This document shows, one piece after another, positions 12,501 to 24,600 of a stretch of 64,000 bases of DNA. The position numbers and the translations under genes were made by a program. Positions within the stretch are counted from its first letter, which is position 1, and the number at the start of each line of letters is the position of its first letter. Location of the stretch: IMG/VR virus record IMGVR_UViG_3300044846_002555, positions 64,001-128,000 of that record; one strand, given 5' to 3'. The DNA is from a virus. The notes below the pieces were generated by a model. The model was not told the origin of the DNA. It worked only from the letters and a program-made list of their open reading frames with translations, and did no database searches.

Positions 12501-12599
12501 ACTGACGTTATTGTTTATAACTCAATTTGTTCAGTAAATGATACGGGAATCAATTTTAAATTGAATGTTGGAATAAATTTTGAAATTTTATGTAATTAA
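9582..12599 (+). CDS. putative baseplate wedge / tail protein
   Basis: 1005 aa; [10 protein letters not shown] and [20 protein letters not shown] resemble the KGT region of P2 gpI-type baseplate proteins. Confidence 0.5.
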   Translation: MALQKFTCPPQGPSGASSFSDDLVGFQLVTGGGLTQGNFEFATSFNEKTNRKFNTGTFSDPISLEGLGLESTLQSRTIFENNFKVYPNFDLSQITNFTQYGSLVKRLSTAVETIIAKFPAALEATLMGENYIKGETATNISYNEIDNITSFDLDVARLRNPFAIDFTINSTRNLELKEIQVSSLRDMTVQYANYSLYYNGNGYNVTAIIPTTSMTSGTLNISVSGHPFPFQTVTFDDLVIRPNDYEVNRIFNEHLDEVENFLLNRNVTPKYTASFNVPRDAEDGTYFSSQEFITFPLNGSWNLDIVTNAFTNYLVQLNDIGVSMDEYKTNIVARFLTTGAFQEFDTIGQKMEKVLQIYGRSFDETNKFISALAFMNSVHYNPGDDIPSQLLKNLAQTLGWQTNMSPVSTDDFLSSVFGQTNTDRSQYPGISDATTPDELNYQYYRNLILNSAYLFKSKGTRKSIETLMALIGAPDALVEFNEYIYLADQRINVNQFNTQFAQISGGTYTQELPTLEAGNTYRLRDIEYTGFTTTTVIKDVNITKDEYPMDDLGFPKAPPNTEDFFFEKGSGWFEQTPKHRAPEEVSFTNSVFTGANPNYQTVLTPYSYGQEYFNRFRDFPFMTLGYNLTQTIDNNKSWVDTEVGLRSNLEGGYNARYFTTNDALVLNAKNTDLFLNPAQGLSYDVWTMSREYNFPIPNEGLNYIQPTYCDPNPVSNYPMRGGVDWTEINPQPKRKTFFEFAQTFWKNMINVRNRQFSTDGKTMGYPTLQSIYWKYLDAQKLAGVPDGSFNYTNMIEYVDGMGDYWVRLVEQMVPASTIWNTGVKYENSIFHRQKFVWRRQEGCQLIPVPCNPCSMVSNLYTYDCDVQSVQCSIYPWQTNPLLTEFSAVLGYLLTNYLEPQGYELDDCKLNTLKSTWYVVLSLDDVEIVQNQFFTGTGYTNTDLSSPTTAQWNTALETALNGLDLYGYEYILNDTDVIVYNSICSVNDTGINFKLNVGINFEILCN

Positions 12600-15500
12600 T
12601 GGCTTGTAGTTTATCATATGTATTAACGAGTTTATCGGGAGATTGTACTAATTCTAATTTAGGTGGGTTTAGTATTGATATAACAGGAACCGCACCGGAT
12701 TATAGTATTCAGTGGGTTAGTCCTGCGTTAGGGACTATTGTATTAGGTGCCGGTGTTACAGGTTATACCGCAACAACACTGTCGGCGGGAACATATTCAT
12801 TTAATATCCTTGATTCATGTTCACCTACTATGACTTCATTACCGGTTAATATTAATATTTCTAGTGGTACATGTGCAAGTATTGTTGGGATATCAAACAC
12901 GACGTGTAATAACAATAATGGGGTATTAACAGGGCAAACTTCTAATCTTTATGGTATAAGTACGTTTAGTTTATATAATACCTTAACAGGTTTTATTACT
13001 TCAGGGGTATCATTTACTAATAATTATATTTTTAATGATTTATCTCCGGGTATATACTACGTTAATGCTGACGATGGTGGTGGATGTAGTGGTCAGAGTG
13101 AAACAACTATTATTCAACCTTCGACAAATATTACGTGGGGATTTTATACTGTAATGGATTCCGGATGTGGTAATGTTGATTCGGGAAAAATATATGTAAC
13201 AGGTCTTACCGGTAATCCACCATTTACTTATTTATGGTCAAATGGTGAAACAACAGATTTTATTACGGGTTTAACTGCGGGTGTTTATTCCGTAGTGATA
13301 ACAGATAGTTTAGGATGTACACAATCACAAAGTGCGACTGTGACAGAAGTTGACCCATTAGGATTTGGTGAATTTAGTGTGATACCTCCAACATGTTTTA
13401 ATAGTGATGGTCAAGTAACTCTTGTAATTACGGGAGGTACTGGTCCATATTATTATTCAGCATCGACAGGGGTGGTAGCAGTTTCTTTTAGTTCGTCTCA
13501 AACATTTTATAATATTGGTGGTGGACCATTTGCTGTTGAAGTTACTGACGCGGCTTTATGTAAAATAACTCCAACAACAACAATTATACCTCCAAACGGG
13601 TTTAATATTGTAAGTATAACAACAACTAATTCAAATTGTGGTAATCGTGATGGTAAAATAAATATTGAGGTAAGTGGTGGTGCAGTTCCTTTTACTTATA
13701 CTTTAACAGATTCTTTAGGTAATAGTATTATTGACCCTACTAATTTTAGAAGTTGGGCTTTTCCTAATTTAGCGTCGGGGACTTATACTTTAACTATTTC
13801 AGATAATGGGGGTTGCACTTATGTTAGTTCACCTATTTCTATAAATAATGTTCCTTTATTTACGTTTACTGCAGATACTACCGGTACAACCTGTAATTTA
13901 AATAATGGTTATGTTGCCATTACAGTATCAGGTGGTACACCGCCTTACACATATACCGTTGGGGGTGAATTTTCTTATGAATCTATTCAAACACCATTAA
14001 GTGCTTATACTTTTAATAATTTATATTATGGAGATTATTCGTTAGAAATAACAGAATCAACTCCTGGTGTTATTTGTAAGCAAACAGGTAGTTTTGAAAT
14101 AGAAACATCAAATAATGTTGATTTTATGTTATCAGGTACTAACGCTAACAATGGTAATGATGGAACAGTTTCTGCATATATTACAAATGGAATACCACCA
14201 TTCACATTATTATGGAGTAATAACGTAAATGGTCAAACAGGGTATTATTTAAGTAATTTAAGTGCCGGAACATACAGTTTACAAGTAACCGATAGTGAAG
14301 GATGTGTTAAAAATAGAGAGGTAACTATAGACGGATTTGATTCAATATCGTCGTTTCAAACGTTTAATATTTGTGATAGTGAATTTGAAAACATTGGTGA
14401 GTTAGTTAAAAAAGGACCTAAACAAATGTTGAATGAAGGGTATTATGATTTAACATCCGGATACACAAATTGTATACTTAATCAAGCGGTATTCAATATT
14501 GTCGCAACAATTGGAGTTATTACTAATATTTCACAATTTTATGTCAGTACCGCATTAAATGATTTCCCAACAGATAATGAATATTTTGACGCTTTAGTTG
14601 CGTTACTAAAAACTTTTGACCAAGTTGCTCAAGTTAATATTGACCCATTAAATAATGGGATTCAAGTGATTGCAAAATGTGAAGAACAATATTTGGTAGC
14701 AACTGATGTAACTGTTGATATGTTTATTGAATATAATATTTCTTGTCAATATTGTAGTTTACCACCAACATTAACTCCAACGTCAACACCAACACAGACA
14801 CCAACACCTACTAACACACCAACACCTGGTCAATCGCCAAGTCCAACACCTACTCAAACAATGACACCAACGCCTACTCAAACAATAACCCCAACAATGA
14901 CTAAAACTCCAACACCTACACCAACATTAACACCTACACCAACATCTAGTTCGGCTCAATTATGGTATTTATATTCGTCTTGTTTATTAGTGGATGGAGA
15001 GTCACAAGTTATCTTACAACCAATATTAGTATTACCGACATTAACTATTGGTGACGTGTTTGTTTTCAATGTACCGGATAGTAAACCTGAATGTTGGTCA
15101 TTAATTAATACTTATAATGGTTTACCATCATCAATTCCGTTTGGTGCTTTAGTATTTAATACTAATTATTTCACATCAGTATCTAACACTATTTACCCAT
15201 TTAATGAAGGTAGAGAATGTGATGAATGTCAAGAAGGTATAAATAATATTGAACCAATAACTAATAATTTTTTAGTTACAGTATATAAATCTAATTGTAA
15301 CATAACAAATATTTCACCACCATTTTACTTTTCTAATGATTCTACATTCCCAATTGATATTAGTAGTCCATTTGTTGGTGTACATTCAGGTTTTAATGGT
15401 GATTTATCCATAACCGTTGTTAGTACATTAAATCAAAGTCAATGTGTTTCCTTGATTGTAGATGGTGTAACTTATTTATCACCACAAACAATAACATTTA

Positions 15501-15601
15501 ACTATCTTGAACCTCAAACTCAAGTTGTTGAGTTTTTAAATGTAAATATATCTGAGAATTCTACATTTGAAATTAATCTGACCGGAGGGTCTTGTTTATA
15601 A
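12599..15601 (+). CDS. SprB-repeat adhesin-like tail protein with Thr-Pro linker
   Basis: Repeated units such as [12 protein letters not shown]...[19 protein letters not shown], typical of Bacteroidota SprB repeats; (TP)n tract near aa 725-785. Confidence 0.7.
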   Translation: MACSLSYVLTSLSGDCTNSNLGGFSIDITGTAPDYSIQWVSPALGTIVLGAGVTGYTATTLSAGTYSFNILDSCSPTMTSLPVNINISSGTCASIVGISNTTCNNNNGVLTGQTSNLYGISTFSLYNTLTGFITSGVSFTNNYIFNDLSPGIYYVNADDGGGCSGQSETTIIQPSTNITWGFYTVMDSGCGNVDSGKIYVTGLTGNPPFTYLWSNGETTDFITGLTAGVYSVVITDSLGCTQSQSATVTEVDPLGFGEFSVIPPTCFNSDGQVTLVITGGTGPYYYSASTGVVAVSFSSSQTFYNIGGGPFAVEVTDAALCKITPTTTIIPPNGFNIVSITTTNSNCGNRDGKINIEVSGGAVPFTYTLTDSLGNSIIDPTNFRSWAFPNLASGTYTLTISDNGGCTYVSSPISINNVPLFTFTADTTGTTCNLNNGYVAITVSGGTPPYTYTVGGEFSYESIQTPLSAYTFNNLYYGDYSLEITESTPGVICKQTGSFEIETSNNVDFMLSGTNANNGNDGTVSAYITNGIPPFTLLWSNNVNGQTGYYLSNLSAGTYSLQVTDSEGCVKNREVTIDGFDSISSFQTFNICDSEFENIGELVKKGPKQMLNEGYYDLTSGYTNCILNQAVFNIVATIGVITNISQFYVSTALNDFPTDNEYFDALVALLKTFDQVAQVNIDPLNNGIQVIAKCEEQYLVATDVTVDMFIEYNISCQYCSLPPTLTPTSTPTQTPTPTNTPTPGQSPSPTPTQTMTPTPTQTITPTMTKTPTPTPTLTPTPTSSSAQLWYLYSSCLLVDGESQVILQPILVLPTLTIGDVFVFNVPDSKPECWSLINTYNGLPSSIPFGALVFNTNYFTSVSNTIYPFNEGRECDECQEGINNIEPITNNFLVTVYKSNCNITNISPPFYFSNDSTFPIDISSPFVGVHSGFNGDLSITVVSTLNQSQCVSLIVDGVTYLSPQTITFNYLEPQTQVVEFLNVNISENSTFEINLTGGSCL
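14761..14946 (+). repeat. Thr-Pro low-complexity (mucin-like) repeat
   Basis: [40 protein letters not shown]...TPTPTS; acacca/acacct iterations. Confidence 0.9.
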
Positions 15602-15602
15602 T

Positions 15603-15638
15603 AAAAAACCCCCTCGTTAAAAGGGGGTTATTTTTTTT
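15603..15638. terminator. bidirectional intrinsic terminator
   Basis: aaccccct/agggggtt stem flanked by A-run and T-run, between convergent genes. Confidence 0.85.
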
Positions 15639-16236
15639 ACCATATTTTTTCTTGTTTCATATGACCTATAACACAACAGTAAGCATCTGTTTGGTCAAAA
15701 TTTTCTTTTTTCAGGGTATTGTTTCTTGTATATAACCAAGTGATTTGAGGTTCTTTTTTGGCTATTAAATCCCATATAATCATTTTCTTGTCAATGTCTT
15801 TAGGAAGTCCTCCGAATAGTACGTATTTACCTTTATCATTTAATTGAGTTAACTCCGGAAAGGCGAATTTACGAGAATTGTATGTTGATATAAAATCAGG
15901 TACGACACCTAATACATCATATATCTCTTTAGTAACTAAAGTATTGAACCTTAATAAAGTTTGAACTGTGTAAACATTGTTTGAGTTCAATAAAGGTTCT
16001 TCAATAATAACTTTAGTAATACCCATGTCTTTATATTCTAAAAGTTTAGTTCTAAAGATTTGACCTTTTAGAAGTAATTCTTTTATTTTATTTTCTTCTT
16101 TTGGTTTTGGAACGGGTGATATATGAGTTAATTCAAGTAGTTGTTGACTTTGTATATCAAATAACGCCCAACCAATTGTTTTTGTACTCACATCTAATCC
16201 TAAAACTTTAGGACTTTCTTTAAGTGTTTTTTTCAT
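15637..16236 (-). CDS. ruvC: RuvC-like Holliday junction resolvase
   Basis: VLGLDVSTKTIGWAL, VIIEEP and FDQTDAY provide the RNase H-fold D-E-D-D catalytic set. Confidence 0.75.
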   Translation of the reverse strand: MKKTLKESPKVLGLDVSTKTIGWALFDIQSQQLLELTHISPVPKPKEENKIKELLLKGQIFRTKLLEYKDMGITKVIIEEPLLNSNNVYTVQTLLRFNTLVTKEIYDVLGVVPDFISTYNSRKFAFPELTQLNDKGKYVLFGGLPKDIDKKMIIWDLIAKKEPQITWLYTRNNTLKKENFDQTDAYCCVIGHMKQEKIW

Positions 16237-16242
16237 AATTTA

Positions 16243-18732
16243 TTAGAAATCAAATTTAACCAAAAACTGTTGAATCCCTTGTCTTAACACAGGAGATTGT
16301 AGCTTTGATACAATCATAAGATTCATATCAGAATCGTAAAGCCCAATTTCAGTAATATATGAACTTGTTCCTTTAGTCCATGTAGGGTTTGATGTTGATT
16401 GAAACTCTGCTTGACCAAGATTAATCTTATATTTCATTTCATAAATGGTTGCTTCAATATCCGTTTCTAATGAACCGTAGAAATAATATTCATCACCAAA
16501 ATTTAATGAAGGTGAAGTTGTATTATTATCTACTAATGGAATGAATAGATTTAAGTTATAATCATCAGCCGCTGCATAGTTTTCTTCAGTGATTGTAAAT
16601 GTTGTTCCTGTTAAACTATCTACGGTTAAATAACCATTGATTGTGGTTGCACTTATTTGAGGTGTAAAATCAATTATTTTCCAATCATTCGGGTCAGGTC
16701 TACCTGTACCAATTACTTTTTGACAAATAACTTGGAATGTGTCAGCGTAAAACCCTGTTATTAAGTCACAGGAAGGACACAGAGTCGTTGTTGTTGTCGT
16801 TGTGGTAGTTGTGGTTGGAATTAACGTTGGTTGGTTTAAACAAGGGAATTCAGCTCCAAATCTAATTGAAACGTTTTGTTCAGTTAAACCTCCACAAGAA
16901 ATGTTTGGTCCTTGAATTTTGGTGTAGTAATTACAATGTAATGAATTCGTAAAAATATCGGTATTACTAAATCTATAAGTTACGTACATATATTCAGTGT
17001 CCGCTGTTAATATACCGTTAACTGTTGGTTGATTATTCTCAACCACACAAGTGTTAGGTGTTGTTAGACCAACTTTAGGTGCGGGTAATGTCCAGTTACG
17101 ATTTGACTTGTAAGACATTGCTGCGATAATCTCCTCATCATCAATTATAATAATTTGTGAATCAGGGAACACTTTACCAACTCTACTTGGTAACCCGTTA
17201 CTATTTGGATGGGTGTCCCAAAGTTGATAATATCTAATACCCGGCATATTCATATCCGTATTTTTAGTAGAATATAAATACTCAACTTCAAATAATGGAC
17301 TTCCTTCATCAGTTAAGTCATCAAAACCCGGTGGGTCAACCCAAAAAGTTTCACCTTTACAACATTCAGGATTTTTATGCCACATTAACCAAGGTAAATG
17401 TAATCTAAAGTTACGAGCTTCACCCGTTGTATCTGTAGGATTATTAGGGTCGTAAGGTTCAAAGGCAAATTTCTCACCATAGAAGAAATCAATTGATTGA
17501 TTAGTATAGTGAATAATAGCAATAGCTTTTTGCTCACTTGGTTGAACAACAACTTGTTCATCAAATGAATTATAATAATAAACAACACTTGTATCGGTTT
17601 GTCCACTATCTGACATATATCCAAAATATTCTTTACTACCTAAATAAGACGCTGAACCAAAATATTGATAACCTTTATAAAATGAATCATACAACCCAGC
17701 AGGATTTTCCGACCAAGGAATATTCATATTCCAAATTTTAACATCGGACTCGTCTGTACTACATAAAGATTCAAAATTAATAACATTTTGATTCCAATGA
17801 GAACTTGGTGTAACACTATCGTATATTGTAGTCATATTTGGTGGGTATACTAATACTCTAGCAAAACATCCACTTGAAAAGTTTGAAAAATCAGGTGTTG
17901 GTCTGTCTAATGTATAATGACCTAAACAAATATCCACAATTTTATAAGTTAATATCGGATAACAACTACTCATTGACATCTCACAGTTAGGTGGAGTCGG
18001 AGTCGGAGGTAATGGTGTTGTACAACAAGTTGAGGAAGGTGTTGGTGTAGGTGTAGGTGACTCACATAAATAAGTTGTTTGAGTTGGTGTTGGTGTAGGG
18101 GTTGGTGAAGAATCTATTGATGGTGTTACTGTTGGAGTTGGGGTTGATGTTGGTGTTACACCTGGTTCACAATAACAATTATATTCTCCTTGACCATCAT
18201 AATATATTGTAACAAAATCACCAATCATTGGTAATCTTACAATATTTGAATTACACCCTGAATATACTAATTGAATAACACTACCACCTGTTAATGTAGA
18301 CATATCTACAAGATAGTTAGAGTTAATTGTATATTGGCTATTTGTTAACGCACTCCAATTAATTGTAGTTGCGGTTGTATTACCTGTAAAAAATCCTCTC
18401 ATAGCCGCTCTATTATATACAGTTTGAGGAACTGACGCCATATAAGGGATTCCATATGTATTACCGGTTATTCCGTCAACATAATATGGATATTTAACAT
18501 TTTGTTTGTTAGATTCAGGTTTACCTGTTGAATTTTGAGCATTAAACGCTGGCTCAAGAATTTTTGTTGAGGTTTGATTATAAGGTGTTCCGGTTAATGT
18601 ATTATAAGACACTTCACTATCACCTACTTGAAAATAAGATATGTTAAAACTACCTTCTGATAGTTTTTGTCTTGCAGTATCGGTTAGTCTTGTACTAAGT
18701 AAACCTTGTGTATTTTTTAATATGTATCCCAT
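16243..18732 (-). CDS. tail/baseplate-associated protein with Thr-Pro and poly-Thr linkers
   Basis: N-terminal LTDTARQKL..ISYFQVGD and C-terminal YITEIGLYDSDMNLMIVSKL resemble tail-collar/fibre attachment domains; TP tract ~17990-18165, T9 tract ~16784-16812. Confidence 0.55.
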   Translation of the reverse strand: MGYILKNTQGLLSTRLTDTARQKLSEGSFNISYFQVGDSEVSYNTLTGTPYNQTSTKILEPAFNAQNSTGKPESNKQNVKYPYYVDGITGNTYGIPYMASVPQTVYNRAAMRGFFTGNTTATTINWSALTNSQYTINSNYLVDMSTLTGGSVIQLVYSGCNSNIVRLPMIGDFVTIYYDGQGEYNCYCEPGVTPTSTPTPTVTPSIDSSPTPTPTPTQTTYLCESPTPTPTPSSTCCTTPLPPTPTPPNCEMSMSSCYPILTYKIVDICLGHYTLDRPTPDFSNFSSGCFARVLVYPPNMTTIYDSVTPSSHWNQNVINFESLCSTDESDVKIWNMNIPWSENPAGLYDSFYKGYQYFGSASYLGSKEYFGYMSDSGQTDTSVVYYYNSFDEQVVVQPSEQKAIAIIHYTNQSIDFFYGEKFAFEPYDPNNPTDTTGEARNFRLHLPWLMWHKNPECCKGETFWVDPPGFDDLTDEGSPLFEVEYLYSTKNTDMNMPGIRYYQLWDTHPNSNGLPSRVGKVFPDSQIIIIDDEEIIAAMSYKSNRNWTLPAPKVGLTTPNTCVVENNQPTVNGILTADTEYMYVTYRFSNTDIFTNSLHCNYYTKIQGPNISCGGLTEQNVSIRFGAEFPCLNQPTLIPTTTTTTTTTTTLCPSCDLITGFYADTFQVICQKVIGTGRPDPNDWKIIDFTPQISATTINGYLTVDSLTGTTFTITEENYAAADDYNLNLFIPLVDNNTTSPSLNFGDEYYFYGSLETDIEATIYEMKYKINLGQAEFQSTSNPTWTKGTSSYITEIGLYDSDMNLMIVSKLQSPVLRQGIQQFLVKFDF

Positions 18733-18762
18733 GTGATATAAATATTCTTATTTTTTTTATTT

Positions 18763-19788
18763 TTAATTGACACTTATTATTTCTACTCTACAACATCCAC
18801 AACCACTAATACTAGCGTTACCAATTGAGAATAAATCCTGACTTGATGTGTAAGTACAAGGTGTTAATGGGTCGTTTTGTGTTATTGTCGTTGTTGTGTT
18901 TAATATAATATTGTCTGAAGACGTAAAATTTAACGAATTCCAACTTTCGGTATAATAATCTAAATAATTAACTAAATTTTGGCAACCTTGTATTGGATTA
19001 TAATCAGTGTTAGTTGTTGTTAAACCACTTGTTGTTAGTGGAATAGAAACATTATTTTTAGATAATATAGTATTAGTCGTTAAAGTTGCTGTGGTAGCGC
19101 TTGGTGAATAATAAAAAGTGTTATAATGTAATATGTTAAAATTAACCGTAATACCACTTGGTAATGCCGGAATTACACTAAAAGTTGTTGTGTATTGTTT
19201 AGTTAATGTTGTATTTGTGTTAACTGGATTTGTTATTGTTGTATTTAATTTTAATTGATATAATGTCGGAGGTGCCGGCGCATTCAATGTCACGTTATTA
19301 CTATTAGTATTACCACTCGAATCAATAACCTTAACACTATATATTCCTGAACACAAATTAGTAAATGTTGGGGAATTAAAATATGTAATACCATTATCAA
19401 TTGAGTATTGATAAGGTGGATAACCTCCCGACGCGGATACCATTAAATTACCATCACACGTACAAATTGGTTGATTAACACTAAAAGTCAATGAGTTAAC
19501 TCCTAATGGGTTACAAACCCCTTCATTTACTACCACAGTCCCGTTGGCTCCTAATATATACCAAGAGTTAAGCGGGGGTACTGATGATGGTAATGAAGAA
19601 AACATCAAATAAGATAAATTACCACCTGTTAGTTTCCATTTATTAATAGAAGTGTCCCAAGTGATTAAATAAGTATAATCGTCTGACACCCATTGATTGT
19701 AATCATTAGAATCAACACCATAAGGGTTAAAATGTATTTGTAAATTATCTATACTTGAATTTAAACAAAAATTATATTCTATTTCCAT
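18763..19788 (-). CDS. SprB-like repeat virion protein
   Basis: ASGGYPPYQYSIDNG..FTNLCSGIYSVKVIDSSG is one SprB-type unit; start moved to ATG 19788 (MEIEYNF), 2 nt after the upstream stop. Confidence 0.6.
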   Translation of the reverse strand: MEIEYNFCLNSSIDNLQIHFNPYGVDSNDYNQWVSDDYTYLITWDTSINKWKLTGGNLSYLMFSSLPSSVPPLNSWYILGANGTVVVNEGVCNPLGVNSLTFSVNQPICTCDGNLMVSASGGYPPYQYSIDNGITYFNSPTFTNLCSGIYSVKVIDSSGNTNSNNVTLNAPAPPTLYQLKLNTTITNPVNTNTTLTKQYTTTFSVIPALPSGITVNFNILHYNTFYYSPSATTATLTTNTILSKNNVSIPLTTSGLTTTNTDYNPIQGCQNLVNYLDYYTESWNSLNFTSSDNIILNTTTTITQNDPLTPCTYTSSQDLFSIGNASISGCGCCRVEIISVN

Positions 19789-19790
19789 AA

Positions 19791-20351
19791 TTAAGTTGTT
19801 GAAGTTAATTGACATATAGTACTTGCTGTAAAATCACCCCAATAATCAACAACAGTCACAGGATAAGAACCAACAGGTAAATTCATAACCGCGGGGCTAA
19901 TATTCCCTAATACAGGACCACCCCAAATATATTTATAAGGTGGTGTACCACCGGTTATTGAGACAGATACTCTACCATCATTTGATGTTGGGGTTGTTGG
20001 GTTAATCGAATCACACTCAATTGTCATTGGGAATACCGTTATTACATCACATTCATTAGATTGAATAAAAGTAATTGCTGGTTGTGGTGGAGGTGGGGGA
20101 AAACAACTATAAGCATTTTCAATACAATCAGAGCAATCGGGATATAATACGACACTTCCATTTCCCGCATCATATATTAATGACCCGGAAAGTATTGGTC
20201 CTTGTATTAGAGTTGCACATCCACTGAATGAAGGTATTGTTATTGAATAAACACTACCTAAAATCGGGAAAGGTAAAGTAAGGTCATTTACTCCGAAAAA
20301 ATTATCGGATTCATCAAATTTTTCGCAACATTTTTTAAAATAATATATCAT
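19791..20351 (-). CDS. Cys-rich SprB-like repeat protein
   Basis: NDGRVSVSITGGTPPYKYIW..NLPVGSYPVTVVD; poly-Pro; TATTTAT upstream (20374-20380). Confidence 0.6.
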   Translation of the reverse strand: MIYYFKKCCEKFDESDNFFGVNDLTLPFPILGSVYSITIPSFSGCATLIQGPILSGSLIYDAGNGSVVLYPDCSDCIENAYSCFPPPPPQPAITFIQSNECDVITVFPMTIECDSINPTTPTSNDGRVSVSITGGTPPYKYIWGGPVLGNISPAVMNLPVGSYPVTVVDYWGDFTASTICQLTSTT

Positions 20352-20371
20352 TATAATTTGTTTCAGTTATA

Positions 20372-21352
20372 CTATAAATAATCCTTTATTTGTTTTTTCA
20401 CCAAAGATTTCATAACTTCCACATATTTTTTTGTTGAACTTTGAGAACTTACATAATCAAAAAAGTTAATATCCTCTTTTAATTTATCTAATGGGTTAAT
20501 ATTAATAAAATCTCCTTTATAAAATTTATCTTGTTTTTGGTTACCGGTTACTCCTGCCATATGAAGAATTGGTTTATCTTCATATATTTTTATTGAGTCA
20601 GTTGCCCATGAAAATTCAAACTCGGGTGTAATTCTTGTCTCAATTCCGTGTAACCATAAGTTCCATAATAATGACCACATTTCTGCGGTCCAAAATTGAA
20701 TTTCACCGGGACTTATTGGGAATCTTCTTTGATAATCTAACATTTGGTCATATAGTGGAACACAATCTGCATAAATTTTTTCCCATAATAACCAATCGGT
20801 GTTTTTAATTAGGTATTGACCACCACCTGAATTTTCTTGATTACATTCGATACATTCGACTGAAACACCAATAACATCAGCCATTTCGTTAAGTAATTGA
20901 CCTTTACCGGATGTAGGGTGAGCACTTTCATAACGATTACAACAATCCATAATATAATTATATCCGATATAACCTATGGTATCGGATAAGTAAGTAATAT
21001 CGTCATTAATTAAACTATCAAAATTTGGTAATTTTCTAAATATAATATCAGAGTCGTGTAAGAAAAAACATTTACCATATTCAGGAAAATCTTTTAACCA
21101 TTTTGAAATTAAAAAAGGTTTAACTGTTGGTATATAATGTTTTTGAGGTCTATCGTCAATATAATGATGTACGTTAACACCCGTATCTTTTAATTTTAAA
21201 GATTCTTCAGTTGGTTTACCATCTTCACTTATTATTCCAAGTAATACGTGTATTTGATTTGGGGGGACACCATGTTCAATAAAGTTATGTATATATACCA
21301 TTATTTGCCAATGGAAATATGGTACATCAGGTTGAGCTGTAACAAAAATCAT
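20372..21352 (-). CDS. putative GT-A glycosyltransferase
   Basis: FFLHDSDIIF (DxD), GGGQYLIK, WTAEMWSL and ILH motifs, reminiscent of peptidyl O-glycosyltransferases (HPAT/SERGT-like). Confidence 0.6.
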   Translation of the reverse strand: MIFVTAQPDVPYFHWQIMVYIHNFIEHGVPPNQIHVLLGIISEDGKPTEESLKLKDTGVNVHHYIDDRPQKHYIPTVKPFLISKWLKDFPEYGKCFFLHDSDIIFRKLPNFDSLINDDITYLSDTIGYIGYNYIMDCCNRYESAHPTSGKGQLLNEMADVIGVSVECIECNQENSGGGQYLIKNTDWLLWEKIYADCVPLYDQMLDYQRRFPISPGEIQFWTAEMWSLLWNLWLHGIETRITPEFEFSWATDSIKIYEDKPILHMAGVTGNQKQDKFYKGDFININPLDKLKEDINFFDYVSSQSSTKKYVEVMKSLVKKQIKDYL

Positions 21353-21430
21353 AATAATTAAAACGTTTTTAATTAAATATAAATGACAATCAAATGTAAT
21401 AAATGGTAAAGATGATGATATTTATATAAT

Positions 21431-21601
21431 ATGAAACTGATTAGAACAATATCAAATTTGGTTACAGAATCTAAAAGAATTTACGAAGAGGCCTGTGAAA
21501 AAGGTGTCAACGAAAAAGAATTAGATAGATTAGAAAAAAACTACAATGAATCTTTAAAACTTTTAAAGTTGTACGAAGGTTTAGGTAAAAAAACGGAATA
21601 A
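21431..21601 (+). CDS. small hypothetical protein (56 aa, absent from ORF track)
   Basis: MKLIRTISNLVTESKRIYEEACEKGVNEKELDRLEKNYNESLKLLKLYEGLGKKTE*, TATTTAT 5 nt upstream; fills the intergenic gap. Confidence 0.7.
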   Translation: MKLIRTISNLVTESKRIYEEACEKGVNEKELDRLEKNYNESLKLLKLYEGLGKKTE

Positions 21602-21603
21602 TA

Positions 21604-24600
21604 TTACGTTCCGTAAACTATTTCAATACCTTCAATGTGTATAGTCCATCTTAAAGTTTCTCCAACAACACCGGTTACCTGTATGTCTAAAGCGTCATTA
21701 GTATCGTCAGCGGTAATTGCAACGTCATAAGATGAGTTAGTTTCTACATCAGTACCAATAGTTGATACAGTACCGATTAAAGAAGTTACTCCACCTACAT
21801 TCTTAATCGCAACTTTTCTTATATAGTGAGCTCCTCCTGAACCATCTGATTTAATACCACCAATATTTACTGTAACAAACATTGCAGTTCCTGCAATTAC
21901 GGATATAAGTTGAGTTGTTCCATCTAAAAATATATTAACTGGTGTCGCATTTGTTGTTTTATTTCTACCAACTAAGTCAATTTGTTGTGATGTTCCTTTT
22001 ATTAAACCATTAAAACTACCTGAAGAAAAAGACCTTTGACCGAAACGAGGTGCACATGATAATGTTCCACCAAGAATTGATGAATAACAACCTGTGGTAG
22101 TGTTGCCACAACCTCCACCAATAAATGAATGGGTACCACATGAAATATTTGATATACCACCAACAATTGCCGAACAACCACTAAACACGACATTTCCATT
22201 ACCACCACCAACAAAAGAACCTGATGAACAAACCCCATTTACGTTTCCACCAACAATTACAGATAGGGTTGTACTTGATAATGCGGGTGTTGCAATACAG
22301 TTTGATTGACCACCACCAATAAAGTTAGAATCACCATGAGTTCTATTTGACATACCGCTAACAATTGCTGAGTATCCATATACCCATTGGCATGTAATAC
22401 AGTTTCCATTACCCCCACCTATAAATGAAAAACTTAAACGAGTTGTATTATTATTACCCCCACCAATAAATGAAGAGTTTCCTATAGTAATATTACAATA
22501 ACCACCACCAATTGTTGAACATCCCCCACTTGAATTATTCTTTTGACCACCACCAATTGTTGAAGTATCTCCTGATGAGATATTATTATATCCACCACTG
22601 ATTGTTGAAGTGGCTCCTGATAAACGGTTTTTAGCTCCACCTCCAATTGTTGATATTCTACCACATATCACATTACTATAACCACCACTAATTGTTGTGA
22701 AATAACATGATGATGATGTATTATCACAACCACCGGCAATTACCGAACAATTTCCACAAGCGCGATTTTTATATCCACCACCAATTGTTGAGGTAGCACC
22801 GGATGAGACATTACATCTACCACCAACAACAGTTGACCAACTACCTGAAGATAAATTACAAACCCCACCACCAATTGTTGAACACGCCCCTGATGCGATG
22901 TTTCTATAACCTCCACTTATTGTTGATAATTTACCCGCATTAAATGTACAAGTTGGACTAGTCGTTACAGCTCCTGTTGTAAAGTTAAATGTTCCTCCAC
23001 TAGTATTATTAAAAATACCACCACCGATAGTTGTACCTAAAGAACAACATTCGTTATTTGGTGATTGTATTCTATTATTAAGACCACCACCAATTGTTGA
23101 AAATCTTGCATTTATTATGTTAATACAACCACCACCAATTGTTGAAGTATAACCTGAAGAATTATTATTACTACCACCACCAACAGTTCCAAGTATTCCG
23201 TAGACACGATTGTCAATACCACCCCCAATTGTTCCACCATCACCAAAAATTCTTTGTGATTGACCACCACTAATCGTTGCTCCTAAACAATACACAACAT
23301 TTAATGCACCTCCTCCAATGGTTGAAGTATTTCCGCTGATTACATTATCAATTCCACCCCCAATGAATGAATCACTACCCGATACACTATTAGACCTACC
23401 ACCACCAATTATTGAACATAAACCTGATGCGGTATTCTTACAGCCACCACCAACAAATGAACAATTTCCTGATGCGGTATTACAAAAACCACCTAAAATT
23501 GATGACCTTAAACCTGATGCGGTATTACATTGACCACCACTTACTGTTGAATAATTACATGATGATATATTTTTAAAACCACCACCAATTGTTGAACAAA
23601 CCCCTATGGCTTGATTACAAATTCCTCCGGCAATTGTTGAAGTAGTTCCTGTTGCGATATTATTACATCCTCCCCCAATTGTTGAACTATTACCCACAAC
23701 AAAATTTTTACAACCACCACCAATAAATGAATGGGTACTTGTTATAGTATTTTGACTACCACCAACAATACTTGAAGTGGCTCCTGATACTGTATTACCA
23801 ATACCTCCACCAATAAATCCTTGACAAAATCCACCTGAACTTGTTGTAAAATTTCGTAAAAATGGTTGTGAGGAAGAAAAAGGACTCACAGAGACAGTTG
23901 CACCACTAACATACAAGTTTGTATATGGTGAGGAATATGTTTGTCCTGTAATAACTACGTTTCTACTACATCCGAAGTTATCATATGTTAATAAAAGGTC
24001 GTTTACGCTAAATGATGATAATTGATTCCCGAACAATTGTAATGTACAAGTATTTGCGGAATATGAACTTATTAGTTGAGAATTGCCTATAAAGTTTAAT
24101 GTTCCACCTCCAATTATAGAATGTCTTGCGTAACTTACGTTAACGCTTCCACCCCCAATAACACCAAATTCTAACACAACTTTATTATTATTACCACTTA
24201 CAATACCACCACCATAAGAACATTGAGCCAAACAGTTACCACATCCTCCTAAAATTGCTGCTCTAACTCCATATGTTTTATTAGCTGTTCCACCGGCTAT
24301 AACACCATCTTCACCAACACCTGTTGTTCCTGATATTAAGTTACCTCTACCTCCACCAATAAATCCGAATTCGTTACATATTTTATTATTTGTTCCACCT
24401 GCGATTACTGAATTTGATGGGTTCATTGTATTACTAGTTATACAATTGTAAAAACCACCACCTATTGTAGAATATGTTCCACAAACGAGATTAAGTCTAC
24501 CACCGGCAATTGTTGAGTTATTACAACATGTTGTATTACAACAACCACCACCAACAAATGAAAAACATCCTGATGATGTATTTCCTAATCCACCACCAAT

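Noticed and set aside
15637-16236. TnpB/Cas12 or IS element suggested by the GLD motif
   Set aside because: Only 199 aa, no zinc finger or transposase, no flanking non-coding RNA space
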